Assembly: GCA_036679645.1 (NCBI GenBank)
Contig: JAZDCY010000043.1
Coordinates: 1-16,837 of the forward strand
Direction of reading: 5' to 3'
DNA: 16,837 bases
Origin: Gemmatimonadota bacterium
GTDB taxonomy: Bacteria > Gemmatimonadota > Gemmatimonadetes > Gemmatimonadales > GWC2-71-9
The notes under the pieces were generated by a model. That model worked only from the letters and a program-made list of their open reading frames with translations. It searched no databases and was not told the origin of the DNA. Below, piece by piece: positions 1 through 8,419 of the stretch. Both the position numbers and the translations under genes were made by a program. Numbering within the stretch: the stretch's first letter is position 1; every line of letters starts with the position of its first letter.

Positions 1-1
1 A

Positions 2-1351
2 TACCTGGAAGAGTTCCTCGTGTTGCCGCTGTCGGTATCCGACGGGACGTTGCGGGTCGCGACCTGCGGCGAGCCGGATCCGCAGGCGCTGGACGACCTG
101 GCGTTGCTGTTCGACGCCGAGCCGGAGGTGGTTCAGGTTCCGGCAGACGAGCTGCGTGAAGCAATCCGCCGCGCGAAAGACGACAGCACCTCGGTCGTGC
201 AACTCGTCGACTCGGCCGCGAACCCCGGAGGGGACGAGGAGCGCGAATTGCTGGCGGACACGCGGGATCTCGCCAACCAGCCGCCGGTCGTGCGCTACGT
301 GAGTCTGCTCGTGCGCGATGCGTACCGCGCGGAAGCCAGCGATATCCACGTCGAGTCGACGGCGCTCGGGTTGCGGACACGGTTTCGCATCGACGGCGTG
401 CTCAGTGACGCACCTCCCCCGCCGGGTGACATGCCGGACGCAGTGATCTCCCGCATCAAGCTGCTGGCCGATCTCGATATTTCCGAACGGCGGCGGCCGC
501 AGGACGGACGTATCCGTATTCGGTTGGAGGATCGCGAACTCGACCTGCGCGTCTCCACGATGGACCCGGAGACGTTCGGCGCCTTTCGCGCGCTGGCGAT
601 GCGTCCCAACGGCATCATCCTCGTCACCGGTCCCACCGGAAGCGGGAAGACGACCACACTGCACGCGGCGCTCGGGCTGCGGGATGCGACGATCGAAAAG
701 ATCGTGACCGTGGAAGATCCGGTGGAGTATCAACTCGCCGGAGTTACCCAGGTCCCCGTACACGAAAAAGCCGGTGTGACGTTCGCGAGCGCGTTGCGCA
801 GCGTCCTGCGGCAGGATCCCGACGTCGTCATGGTGGGGGAGATGCGAGACGAGGAAACCGCGACGACGGCGGTGCGAGCGGCACTCACGGGTCATCTCGT
901 GTTCTCCACGTTGCACACCAACGATGCCATTGGCGCGGTCGCGCGGCTAGTCGATCTTGGGGTCGAGGAGTACCTGGTCGCCTCGACGGTGGAGGCGGTA
1001 CTCGCGCAGCGACTCGTGCGGCGCACGTGTTCGGAATGCCAGACGCGGTACCGCCCCGATCCGCAGTCGGTGGCGCTGCTCGCGAGCACGCCCGTCGGGG
1101 TCGTGACACTCACGCGCGGAACCGGATGCGATGGCTGCCGGCAAAGCGGGTTTCGCGGCCGGACCGGCCTCTTCGAGCTACTCCGCTTTGACGAGCAGAT
1201 GAAGGAGCTGGTCACGCGGCATGCGTCCCGGGCCGAGTTCCGCGGGGCGACGGCGGAGCGAGGCGTGCGCACGCTGCAGGAGGATGGGTGGGCGAAGGTG
1301 CGGGCGGGCCTCACGACGGTCGAGGAGGTGCTCCGTGTTACCGCAGCGTGA
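2..1351 (+). CDS. gspE: Type II secretion ATPase GspE/PulE family, 5'-partial, with an internal in-frame deletion at ~559/560
   Basis: Frame is open from the window edge (YLEEFLVLPL). Motifs: ASDIHVE, RFRIDG, ERRRPQDGR, Walker A GPTGSGKT, EDPVE Asp box, LRQDPD, Walker B VMVGE, TGHLVFSTLHTN His box, and the tetracysteine CSEC...CDGC. The conserved segment between RVST(M) and the helix before Walker A is missing. Confidence 0.93.
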   Translation, partial: YLEEFLVLPLSVSDGTLRVATCGEPDPQALDDLALLFDAEPEVVQVPADELREAIRRAKDDSTSVVQLVDSAANPGGDEERELLADTRDLANQPPVVRYVSLLVRDAYRAEASDIHVESTALGLRTRFRIDGVLSDAPPPPGDMPDAVISRIKLLADLDISERRRPQDGRIRIRLEDRELDLRVSTMDPETFGAFRALAMRPNGIILVTGPTGSGKTTTLHAALGLRDATIEKIVTVEDPVEYQLAGVTQVPVHEKAGVTFASALRSVLRQDPDVVMVGEMRDEETATTAVRAALTGHLVFSTLHTNDAIGAVARLVDLGVEEYLVASTVEAVLAQRLVRRTCSECQTRYRPDPQSVALLASTPVGVVTLTRGTGCDGCRQSGFRGRTGLFELLRFDEQMKELVTRHASRAEFRGATAERGVRTLQEDGWAKVRAGLTTVEEVLRVTAA

Positions 1352-1796
1352 GCGGGGCTTCACACTCATCGAGATCCTCGTCGTTATCGTCATCATCTCG
1401 GTGCTGGCGGGACTCGTGGGACCGATGATCTTCCGCCACGTCGGAGATGCCAACCAGAGTGCGGCCCGCGCTCAGATCGAGCTGCTGGGCATGGCGCTCG
1501 ATGCCTACCGGATGGACAACGGGGAGTACCCGACCACCGAACACGGCCTCGCGGCTCTGTGGTCGGAGCCGACCGTTCCGCCGATGCCGCGCCGCTGGCG
1601 GGGGCCGTATACGAGGAAACAGATCCCGCTCGACCCGTGGGGCCGGGCGTACGTCTATCGGGCACCAGGCGACAGCGTGCCCTCCGCGTACGATCTCTTC
1701 ACGTCCGGGCGCGACGGGACGCCCGGAGGCGAGGGGGAGAACGCCGACGTCACGTCGTGGGGCCGGGCGCCTCCGTGGGCTGCTCGACGCGAGTAA
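1335..1796 (+). CDS. gspG: T2SS major pseudopilin GspG
   Basis: GTG at 1335 follows GAGGAGG (1322-1328). Class III signal RG|FTLIE; LDAYRMDNGEYPT, WRGPY, DPWGRAYVY and the Ca-loop-like GRDGTPGGEGENADVTSW. The short extra tail (GRAPPWAARRE) probably results from a lost stop codon. Confidence 0.93.
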   Translation: MLPQRERGFTLIEILVVIVIISVLAGLVGPMIFRHVGDANQSAARAQIELLGMALDAYRMDNGEYPTTEHGLAALWSEPTVPPMPRRWRGPYTRKQIPLDPWGRAYVYRAPGDSVPSAYDLFTSGRDGTPGGEGENADVTSWGRAPPWAARRE

Positions 1797-2842
1797 CGAG
1801 CGCGCGGCGCTGGACGAGCTGACCCGCCGCCGGTTGTTCACGATGCGGATTCGAAAGCACGCGGTCGCGCACAGGCGGCGGATACCGCCGCGCCATCTCG
1901 CGACCGTCTTTCGCGGGCTGGCAACGGTGTCGCGCGCCGGCGTCCCGCTCGACCGCGCGCTCTCCCTCTCGGCGAAGACGACGCGTCTCCCCGAGCTTGT
2001 TGCCGCCGTTCGCGATCGCGTGCGCAAGGGTCCCTGGAGTGGTCGTCGGCCTCGTCCGGGCCGGGGAAGCGGCGGGACTCGACTTCGCGCTCGACGAGGC
2101 CGCCAAACACCTGGAACGGGAAGCCGAGCTGCGCGGTAAGCTCCGCGCGGCCCTCACGTATCCGTTGGTGCTGCTCGCAACGGGCGCGGGCACGATCGGC
2201 GTGCTCGTGATGGCGGTGTTGCCGCGGTACGTGGCCCTGCTGGGCGATGTCGGCGACGCGTTGCCCACATCGACCAGGCTCCTGCTTGGTCTGTCCGGGT
2301 TCCTCGGGGCGCAGTGGCCGCTCCTGACGGTCACCGCAATCGGGGCGTTCCTGCTCGCGTACCGGGGTCTCCGCACAACAAGCGGGCACGAGCTGCTGCT
2401 CGATGTTCCCATCATCGGCGGTATACGGCGGGGGATGGCGACGGCGCGCGCGGCGCGCACGTTGGGCGCCATGCTCCAATCGGGCGCACCCGTGCTCACC
2501 GCCCTGCACGGTGCCATCTCGGCGGCGGGCGACAAGGCGATTGCCCGGAGGCTCGAGGTGGCGACCGAACGGGTCCGCCGGGGCGAGAGCCTGGCAGCGG
2601 CCCTTGCGGCGGAGGCCGCCCTCGACGCTCCAGCGCTGGAACTGCTGGCGGTGGGCGAGGAATCGGGCCGCGTCGGAATGGTGCTGGCCCACGCCGCCGA
2701 CCTCGCCGAGACAGATGCCACCCGCACGCTCGGCGCAGCGGTGAACGTGCTGGAGCCGACGCTGATCGTGGCCCTTGGTGGCGCGATCGGGTTCGTCGCT
2801 CTGGCCCTCCTCCAGGCGATCTACAGTGTGAGGATTGCATGA
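1759..2842 (+). pseudogene. gspF: T2SS inner-membrane platform protein GspF; start region missing and frameshifted at ~2031-2033
   Basis: Frame +1 encodes the GspF N-terminus (RGLLDASNERAALDEL...LATVSRAGVPLDRAL...VRDRVRKG). Frame +2 continues PGVVVGLVRAGE...KLRAALTYP...GEESG...VLEP...LALLQAIY. There is no in-frame start with an RBS before 1759. Confidence 0.82.
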
Positions 2843-3150
2843 GCCGCGCTGTCGCAGGCTTTACGCTCGTGGAACTGCTCGTGGCGCTCGCCATCATGGC
2901 ACTCGCGGCGGGATTGGTGACGGTCACGATCACGACGCTGCAACCGCCCGAAGGGGCGGAGCTGTTGCGCACCATCGCCGACGCACGCGAGGCGGCGATC
3001 CGCGACGGCTTGCCGGTTACCGTTGAGTTGGGTGCCGATACGCGGGTCATCGTCTATCCCGACGGGTCGGCGACACCCACACGCTTCGCAATCGCCGGGC
3101 AACGGTGGGAAATCGATCCCTGGACCGCGGAGGTCAGCCGTGTTCCTTGA
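2839..3150 (+). CDS. gspH: Minor pseudopilin, GspH-like (short, 103 aa)
   Basis: ATGA overlap with the gspF stop; AG|FTLVELLVALAI N-methylation motif; REAAIRDG and YPDGSA are GspH/FimT-like motifs; gene order fits. Confidence 0.75.
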   Translation: MSRAVAGFTLVELLVALAIMALAAGLVTVTITTLQPPEGAELLRTIADAREAAIRDGLPVTVELGADTRVIVYPDGSATPTRFAIAGQRWEIDPWTAEVSRVP

Positions 3151-3520
3151 CCCTTCCGCCCTTCCGCACTTACGGCGCTCCGCCAAATCCGGCTTCGCCC
3201 TCATCGAGTCGGTCGTGGCCCTCGCGATCCTCGGGATCGCCGGTCTCGCGCTCGCCGAGACGACCGCGCAGGCGCTGCGGTTGCTGAAACACACGCGCGT
3301 CGCGGAAACCCGTGTGGCCGACATGGATAGGCTGATGACTGCCTACACGCTGCTCGACCGGCGCGACCTCGGCCAGCGGGTCGGGGTGCACCGCGTCGGG
3401 TCGTACCAGGTCCGCGTGGAGCGGGTCGAGTTCGATCTGTTTCGCGTCCGGATCGGCGCGCCGCAGCGCGGCGCCGAGTTGAGCACGATGCTGTATCGCC
3501 GGGACGCGACCCGTGATTAG
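3140..3520 (+). CDS. gspI: Minor pseudopilin, GspI-like
   Basis: GTG at 3140 follows GGAGG (3129-3133); SG|FALIESVVALAILG prepilin motif; size ~126 aa and position between H and J. Confidence 0.72.
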   Translation: MFLDPSALPHLRRSAKSGFALIESVVALAILGIAGLALAETTAQALRLLKHTRVAETRVADMDRLMTAYTLLDRRDLGQRVGVHRVGSYQVRVERVEFDLFRVRIGAPQRGAELSTMLYRRDATRD

Positions 3521-4106
3521 GAGACTCGAGGGGAGTCGCGGGTTCACGCTCATCGAGGTCACCGTCGCCCTCGTGATCGGCGCGCTGGTGATTGTCCTCG
3601 CGCACGGTCTGCTCACGTCGGTCACGGATGCAGCCGCTCGCGGTCTCGCGTACGCCGCGGCGACGGATCGGGCGGCCAACCAACGGCGCTGGTTGGTCCG
3701 CACCTTCGCCGGTGCCGTCGTCGATTCGCGGTTCGGCTGGGGATTCGACGGGACGAACGGCACCGACGCTGGTGTGGAACGGGACCGCATGACGTTCACG
3801 TCGATCGTACGCGTCGCTACAGGGACCGCCGAGCGTCGTGTAACGATTGGCGCCACTGCGTCGGGTTCACTCATCGCCGAGCTGCGTGCGCCGCGTGCTG
3901 CGTCCGAAGATGTGCCCGACACCCTCATCCTCGCTACCGATCTCCGCGGATTCGGCGCCGAGTATCTCCCAAATTATGGGGCGAACACGGCATGGGTGAT
4001 GAACTGGGTGTCGCCCGCTAGCGCGCCCGTTGCCGCACGCCTCCGCCTCACGCAGGCCGACGGCCGAGTGGATACTCTGGTGCTCCACATCGGAGCGCGG
4101 GGCTGA
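3513..4106 (+). CDS. gspJ: Minor pseudopilin, GspJ-like
   Basis: RG|FTLIEVTVALVI prepilin motif; C-terminal W...PVAARLRL is GspJ-like; 197 aa; position in operon. Confidence 0.75.
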   Translation: MIRRLEGSRGFTLIEVTVALVIGALVIVLAHGLLTSVTDAAARGLAYAAATDRAANQRRWLVRTFAGAVVDSRFGWGFDGTNGTDAGVERDRMTFTSIVRVATGTAERRVTIGATASGSLIAELRAPRAASEDVPDTLILATDLRGFGAEYLPNYGANTAWVMNWVSPASAPVAARLRLTQADGRVDTLVLHIGARG

Positions 4107-4780
4107 TGCCGGTGCGTGGCACGCACGGCGTGCGGACACGGTCTCTCGTGGTGCGCAAGACCGCTGCGGTACGCGATCGGCGACGCGGTGTGGCGTTGCT
4201 CGCGGTGCTCTGGGTGCTGATGGCGGTAGCAGCCGTTTCCTCGTTGCAGTTGAGGGCACTCACACAGGGAGCCCGCGCGGGTGCGTTTCGCGTGGCCTCG
4301 ATGCGCGGCCGCTGGCTGGTGCAGGGCTGCTTCGCGGCACGCCGGGCACAGTTGGATCGCGCGCTGCGCGACGGTCGCGACGACGAGTGGCGATACCGGC
4401 CCGGCCGATTGCGGGAAAGTGCGTGCCGGCTAGTCGTAACGGCGCCCGACTCCGGGCCGGTCGACGTGAATACGGCGCCCGCCGAGTTGCTGGCCACACT
4501 CCCCGCGTTCACCCCCGGCGTCGTGGACGCGGTGTTGGAGCGTCGGGCGTGGGGGGAGCGCATCGATGGCATCGATCGGCTCCTGGCACTACTGCCGCCA
4601 CCGCTCGCCGACCAGGTCAGGAGCGTGTATCCGGAGCTGGCCGGTCGCATCGTGTTCGATCCCGTTGGCTGGATCGTGCGCGGTCGTGTCACGGTCGATG
4701 GGCGCGATCTCGAAGTGATGCGTGAGTACTGGGTGCGCGCGGGCGCGCGAGTCGCGGTCGTGCGGCGGGAGATCTTCTGA
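4106..4780 (+). CDS. gspK: Minor pseudopilin GspK-like with helix-hairpin-helix motif
   Basis: RRRG|VALLAVLWVL lacks Glu5, as is typical of GspK; VDVNTAPAELLATLP...VDAVLERR is HhH-like; TGATG coupling on both sides. Shorter than typical GspK. Confidence 0.78.
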   Translation: MPVRGTHGVRTRSLVVRKTAAVRDRRRGVALLAVLWVLMAVAAVSSLQLRALTQGARAGAFRVASMRGRWLVQGCFAARRAQLDRALRDGRDDEWRYRPGRLRESACRLVVTAPDSGPVDVNTAPAELLATLPAFTPGVVDAVLERRAWGERIDGIDRLLALLPPPLADQVRSVYPELAGRIVFDPVGWIVRGRVTVDGRDLEVMREYWVRAGARVAVVRREIF

Positions 4781-5421
4781 TGCGTATGGGCCTCGCGATC
4801 TCGCGATCCGGTGTGCGCGCGGTGGCGGTGTGCCGCGGGCGGAAGGTGTGGGTGGCGGAGCGGATGCTGGATGACGTGGCACACTTGCGCACCGCGCTGG
4901 CGGAGTTAGCGGGTGAGCGCCCGCGTGCGGCGCGGCGCGTGCGCGTGGTGATCGAGCACGACCTCTGTGAGGTGAAGGTTTTGCGGAACCTCCCGCCCGT
5001 CTCACTGGCCAAGCTCCGGGAGATCGTCGCCCTCCAGGCGTCGCGCTGGTTTCTCGCCAACGGCACGGACCCCGCGACGATGGTCGCCCCGCTCGGGCGT
5101 GGGCAGGGTGCGGTGGCGGCGGCCACTGACCCTGCGCTACTCCGCGCCGTGGCCGATGGGTGTCGTGACGCGGGTCTCCGTCTCATCGGTGTCACGCCCG
5201 CCGCCGTGGCTTTTGCGGCGACGCTTCCCGACGGTGCACACGAACGCATCGTGGGGGACCGGCGCGAAACCATTCACGTTAGCAAGCGGAAGGTGACCGC
5301 GCTCCGCCGATCGGTCGCGCGGATGCGTGACGCCTCGGCTGGCGATGACGCAGACCGAGCCCCCATGCTCGCCGCGACGGTGCGTGGCGTACCCGGGTTT
5401 CCCATACCGCGACGCCTCTAG
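4780..5421 (+). CDS. GspL-like cytoplasmic (PilM/actin-like) part; probably the 5' half of a frameshifted gspL
   Basis: Position between gspK and gspM; N-terminal GLAISRSGVRAVAV beta-strands and DAGLRLIGVTP are PilM/GspL-like. The stop falls 2 nt before the next ORF, which has no RBS. Confidence 0.55.
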   Translation: MRMGLAISRSGVRAVAVCRGRKVWVAERMLDDVAHLRTALAELAGERPRAARRVRVVIEHDLCEVKVLRNLPPVSLAKLREIVALQASRWFLANGTDPATMVAPLGRGQGAVAAATDPALLRAVADGCRDAGLRLIGVTPAAVAFAATLPDGAHERIVGDRRETIHVSKRKVTALRRSVARMRDASAGDDADRAPMLAATVRGVPGFPIPRRL

Positions 5422-5423
5422 CA

Positions 5424-5879
5424 GTGCTGGCGCTGTTGTTCTGGATTGCGGCCGGCGTGGTCTTCCTGTGGCGCACGGGCAGTGCGGTGCGTAGCGCGGC
5501 GGCGGAAATGTCCATCCTCGAGCCCGGGCTCGATCGCGCCCTGGCCGTGCAACGCGATCTGCACCGGGCCGAGCAGGCGCTGGCGACGCTTGCCGATGCC
5601 GTCGCGCACGCGTCGGTCGACACAGATCTCCTGGCGCTGCTCACCGCCGCGTTTCCCGACTCGGCCTATCTCGTGTCGGTGCGGCGCTCCGCCGCGGGTA
5701 TCGTGACCCTGGCCGGTGTGGCGCCGTCCGCGTCGCGCGTCGTCGCACAACTCGACACCCTCCCCGGCGTCCACAACGCTGCGCTCCGGGGTCCCGTGAC
5801 CCGGGAAGCATCCGGCGCCGCCATCCGCGAACGCTTTGCCATGGCGTTCGAGTGGCGTGCTAGCCGGCCCGCGCCATGA
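5424..5879 (+). CDS. PilN-domain / GspL periplasmic part; probably the 3' half of a frameshifted gspL
   Basis: TM helix, coiled coil, then LLALLTAAFPDSAYLVSV...VTLAGVAPSASRVVAQL...ERFAMAF, a PilN/GspL ferredoxin-like signature. Confidence 0.7.
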   Translation: MLALLFWIAAGVVFLWRTGSAVRSAAAEMSILEPGLDRALAVQRDLHRAEQALATLADAVAHASVDTDLLALLTAAFPDSAYLVSVRRSAAGIVTLAGVAPSASRVVAQLDTLPGVHNAALRGPVTREASGAAIRERFAMAFEWRASRPAP

Positions 5880-6430
5880 CACGACGCGAGCGGCGGGTCC
5901 TCGCGATGGGCACTGTGATCCTCGTGATGGGCGTTGTGTTGCGGTTCGGTGCGCCAACGGTCGCGTTCGTGCGGCAGCGCATCGAGACCTCGCGGGAGCG
6001 CCGGGCATTGGTCGCCCGCGCGCGCGCGCTCGTGCAATCCACGCCGACCCTCCAGGCGGCGCTCGCGGCGCGCGCCGACGAGTTGCTGGGGACCGCACCG
6101 CTCCTGTTCTCCGGCTCCGCCGCCTCCGGGGTCGCCGCCGGCCTCGCGGGCCGCATCACCGCGGCGGCGGCGACGAACAGAGTTCGCATTGACCGCATCG
6201 AACCGTTGCCGGACTCGACCGTCGCGGACTTCACCTCCGTCGAGTTGCGCGTTCGGGCTGAAGGGGATCTCGCCGGTATCATCGGGTTCCTCGCCGCACT
6301 CGAGCGAGGTCCCCAGCTCGTCACGGTGACGCAGTTCGCCATCACGAACGAGCACGGCGCGTCCGATCCGCAGCGCCTCCGGCTCGATCTGTCGGCGCGC
6401 GGATGGGCTTTGCTGAGGATGGGGGGATGA
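5876..6430 (+). CDS. gspM: T2SS protein GspM (PilO-like)
   Basis: MTRRERRVL followed by a TM helix and coiled coil, then LRVRAEGDLAGIIGFLAALERGPQLVTV; ATGA coupling. Confidence 0.8.
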   Translation: MTRRERRVLAMGTVILVMGVVLRFGAPTVAFVRQRIETSRERRALVARARALVQSTPTLQAALAARADELLGTAPLLFSGSAASGVAAGLAGRITAAAATNRVRIDRIEPLPDSTVADFTSVELRVRAEGDLAGIIGFLAALERGPQLVTVTQFAITNEHGASDPQRLRLDLSARGWALLRMGG

Positions 6431-6918
6431 CGCGAAAGTCTGCTGCACTCCAGGTCGCCATGGCACTCGCCGCGTTGCTCGGCGCCGGAGCAGTGGTGTG
6501 GGCGGTACAGGTGGACGTCGACGCCCCGCAAACCAATCGCATCGACCCGGATACGCACGCCTCGCTCTCGTTCCGGCGCTCGGCCCCCGAGCGCGGTACG
6601 GTGGCGGCGATCGCGCGACGCAACGTCTTGCGACTCGATCGGTCGCCGCCGGCGATCGCGTACGATCCGCTCACGAATGCGACCGGTCCCAACAGAAGGC
6701 GCCCAACCGTGCAGTTGGTCGTGCTCGGCGTGCTGCTGGGATCGCCGCGCGCGGCGGTGCTGGGTGGGCTCCCCGGGGTGACCGGATCGCGACTGCTCGA
6801 AGAGGGCGAAACCGTCGGCGACATCACGCTGCTCGAGGTGCTCGAGGACACCGTCACGGTGCGCGTGGGACCGGACACCCTGTATCTGGCCGCCCAAGGA
6901 GGTGTGCGTGGCTCGTAG
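6427..6918 (+). CDS. GspC/PilP-like HR-domain protein (no PDZ)
   Basis: ATGA-coupled start at 6427; N-terminal TM helix, Pro-rich linker, then LVVLGVLLGSPRAAVL...LEEGETVGDITLLEVLEDTVTV, an HR-domain pattern; lies directly upstream of the secretin gene. Confidence 0.65.
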   Translation: MTRKSAALQVAMALAALLGAGAVVWAVQVDVDAPQTNRIDPDTHASLSFRRSAPERGTVAAIARRNVLRLDRSPPAIAYDPLTNATGPNRRRPTVQLVVLGVLLGSPRAAVLGGLPGVTGSRLLEEGETVGDITLLEVLEDTVTVRVGPDTLYLAAQGGVRGS

Positions 6919-8419
6919 AGGGAGGACGCGACGGAACGGGCGCGCGCTGGTGCTCGCCGCTCTCTCGTTGGCGCTGCGCGTCTCGGCCGTGCCCGCACAG
7001 GATCCGAGCGGCGTCGTGGCGGTGCAGGATTCGGTCCTGGTGCGGTTCTCGGACGTGGACCTGCGGATCGTCATTCAGGCCCTCGGCCGGTACCTGGATC
7101 GTCCGGTCCTGGTGGGGCCGCTCCAGCCGGTGCGCGTGACCTTCGAGTCCCCCAATCCGGTTCCACGAAGCGGCGTCGTGTCGCTGCTGCGCGGTCTGGT
7201 TGAAGCCTACGACCTGGAGTTCACGGTCGACTCGACGTTCTACCGGGTGTCACAGAAACCACAGCAGGCGCCGGGGGCCCGCACGCCGTCCCGACCGGCG
7301 GGTTCCGAGACGGCGCGGGAGTTGTTCGTCATCAGACTGCGTCACGCGCGGGCCACGGACGTCGCGGGTACGGTTGCCGCCTTGTTCGGGATTGCCATAG
7401 GCGGTGGCGGAAGCCGTGGATTGTCGAACGGCACCCTGAGCGACGAGCTGCGGCGCAACGCGGCCGCGACGACTGAAGGCGAGATGCCGGTGGAGGCGGA
7501 GAGTGGGGAGCGGGCAGCGGTGCTTTCCAGTGCGGTGATTATTGTCCCAGATGAGTTGACCAACTCGCTGCTCGTGCGGGCGGACTCCACCGACTTCGCG
7601 GTCATCGAGGCGGCGGTGCAGCATCTCGATCTGCGACCCCTTCAGGTGTTGATCCAGGTGCTCATCGTCGAGGCACGCACGGACCGCTTTTTCTCGCTTG
7701 GTGCCGATGCCACGTTGAGCGACATCTCGATCGACGGCGGTGATGGGACCATCGGTGGTTCGCTGCTCGGCGCCGGCCTTGGGAATCTCGTGATCCAGAT
7801 CATGAAACTCGGGTCCTTCGATCTGAACGCGGTCATCCGGACAGCTGTCACGCGGGGCGACGCCCGCATCGTCTCACGGCCCGTCCTGCTCGCATCCAAC
7901 AACCGCGAGGCGCGGATCCTGGTCGGGAGCCAGCGCCCGTTCGTCCAGGTTAGCCGCAGCCTGCCTACCGACACGCCGACGCGCGACCAGGTGGTGCAGT
8001 ACAAGGATGTGGGTACCAAGCTCACTGTCCTCCCGACGATCAACCCCGACGGCTACGTGTCGCTCCTGATCCGTCAGGAAGTGAACAGCGCGACGACCGA
8101 AACGCAGTTCGATGCGCCGATCATCTCCACTCGCGAGGCCGAGACCGAGGTGCTGGTGCGCGATGGACAGACGATCGTGTTGGGTGGATTGCGCGAGCGG
8201 CAGCGGGAGGTCTCGAAGGGCGGCATTCCGGTGCTCTCCGAGATCCCGATCCTCGGCGGCCTGTTCGGATTCGAAGAGTGGCGGACGATCGAAACCGAGC
8301 TGTTTTTCTTCATCACGCCGATGATTCTGGCGGACGATCAGGCCGTGGACGCGGCGACGGACGACGTGCTAGAGCAGTCTAGGCGTGCGCGTGGCCCTCT
8401 TCGTGAGGACAGACGTTGA
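6908..8419 (+). CDS. gspD: T2SS secretin GspD, compact N0-N3-C architecture
   Basis: AAGGAGG (6896-6902) precedes GTG 6908. Signal peptide; N0 (VRFSDVDLRIVIQAL); one KH-like N domain (FVIRLRHARATDVA...PDELTNSLLVR...LD); secretin core QVLIQVLIVE, YKDVGTKLTVLPTIN, VRDGQTIVLGGL, GIPVLSEIPILGGLF, ELFFFITP. Confidence 0.93.
   Translation: MARRGRTRRNGRALVLAALSLALRVSAVPAQDPSGVVAVQDSVLVRFSDVDLRIVIQALGRYLDRPVLVGPLQPVRVTFESPNPVPRSGVVSLLRGLVEAYDLEFTVDSTFYRVSQKPQQAPGARTPSRPAGSETARELFVIRLRHARATDVAGTVAALFGIAIGGGGSRGLSNGTLSDELRRNAAATTEGEMPVEAESGERAAVLSSAVIIVPDELTNSLLVRADSTDFAVIEAAVQHLDLRPLQVLIQVLIVEARTDRFFSLGADATLSDISIDGGDGTIGGSLLGAGLGNLVIQIMKLGSFDLNAVIRTAVTRGDARIVSRPVLLASNNREARILVGSQRPFVQVSRSLPTDTPTRDQVVQYKDVGTKLTVLPTINPDGYVSLLIRQEVNSATTETQFDAPIISTREAETEVLVRDGQTIVLGGLRERQREVSKGGIPVLSEIPILGGLFGFEEWRTIETELFFFITPMILADDQAVDAATDDVLEQSRRARGPLREDRR
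7286..7368 (+). repeat. 83-bp direct repeat, copy 1 (inside gspD)
   Basis: Hand alignment with 15577-15659 gives 79/83 identical, with a 42-nt perfect core (7311-7352 = 15602-15643). Confidence 0.9.

Noticed and set aside
1447..2139. 230-aa ORF as an independent gene
   Set aside because: Its 5' part shadows gspG in another frame; only 1759-2031 is meaningful, as the GspF N-terminus.
2314..2838. Long N-terminal extension of the gspH ORF (and similar extensions on the gspG and gspI ORFs)
   Set aside because: These overlap upstream genes; prepilin motifs and RBS/coupling indicate starts at 2839, 1335 and 3140.
1335..6918. Interpretation as a type IV pilus or Tad/competence locus
   Set aside because: The major pilin has GspG signatures, GspK- and GspM-type genes are present, and there is no PilT retraction ATPase in the window.
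5860..7074. 404-aa minus-strand ORF and other long antisense ORFs (1750-2727, 9538-10527, 11245-12258, 12883-13977)
   Set aside because: They are antisense shadows of well-supported plus-strand genes in GC-rich DNA and contain no recognisable motifs.
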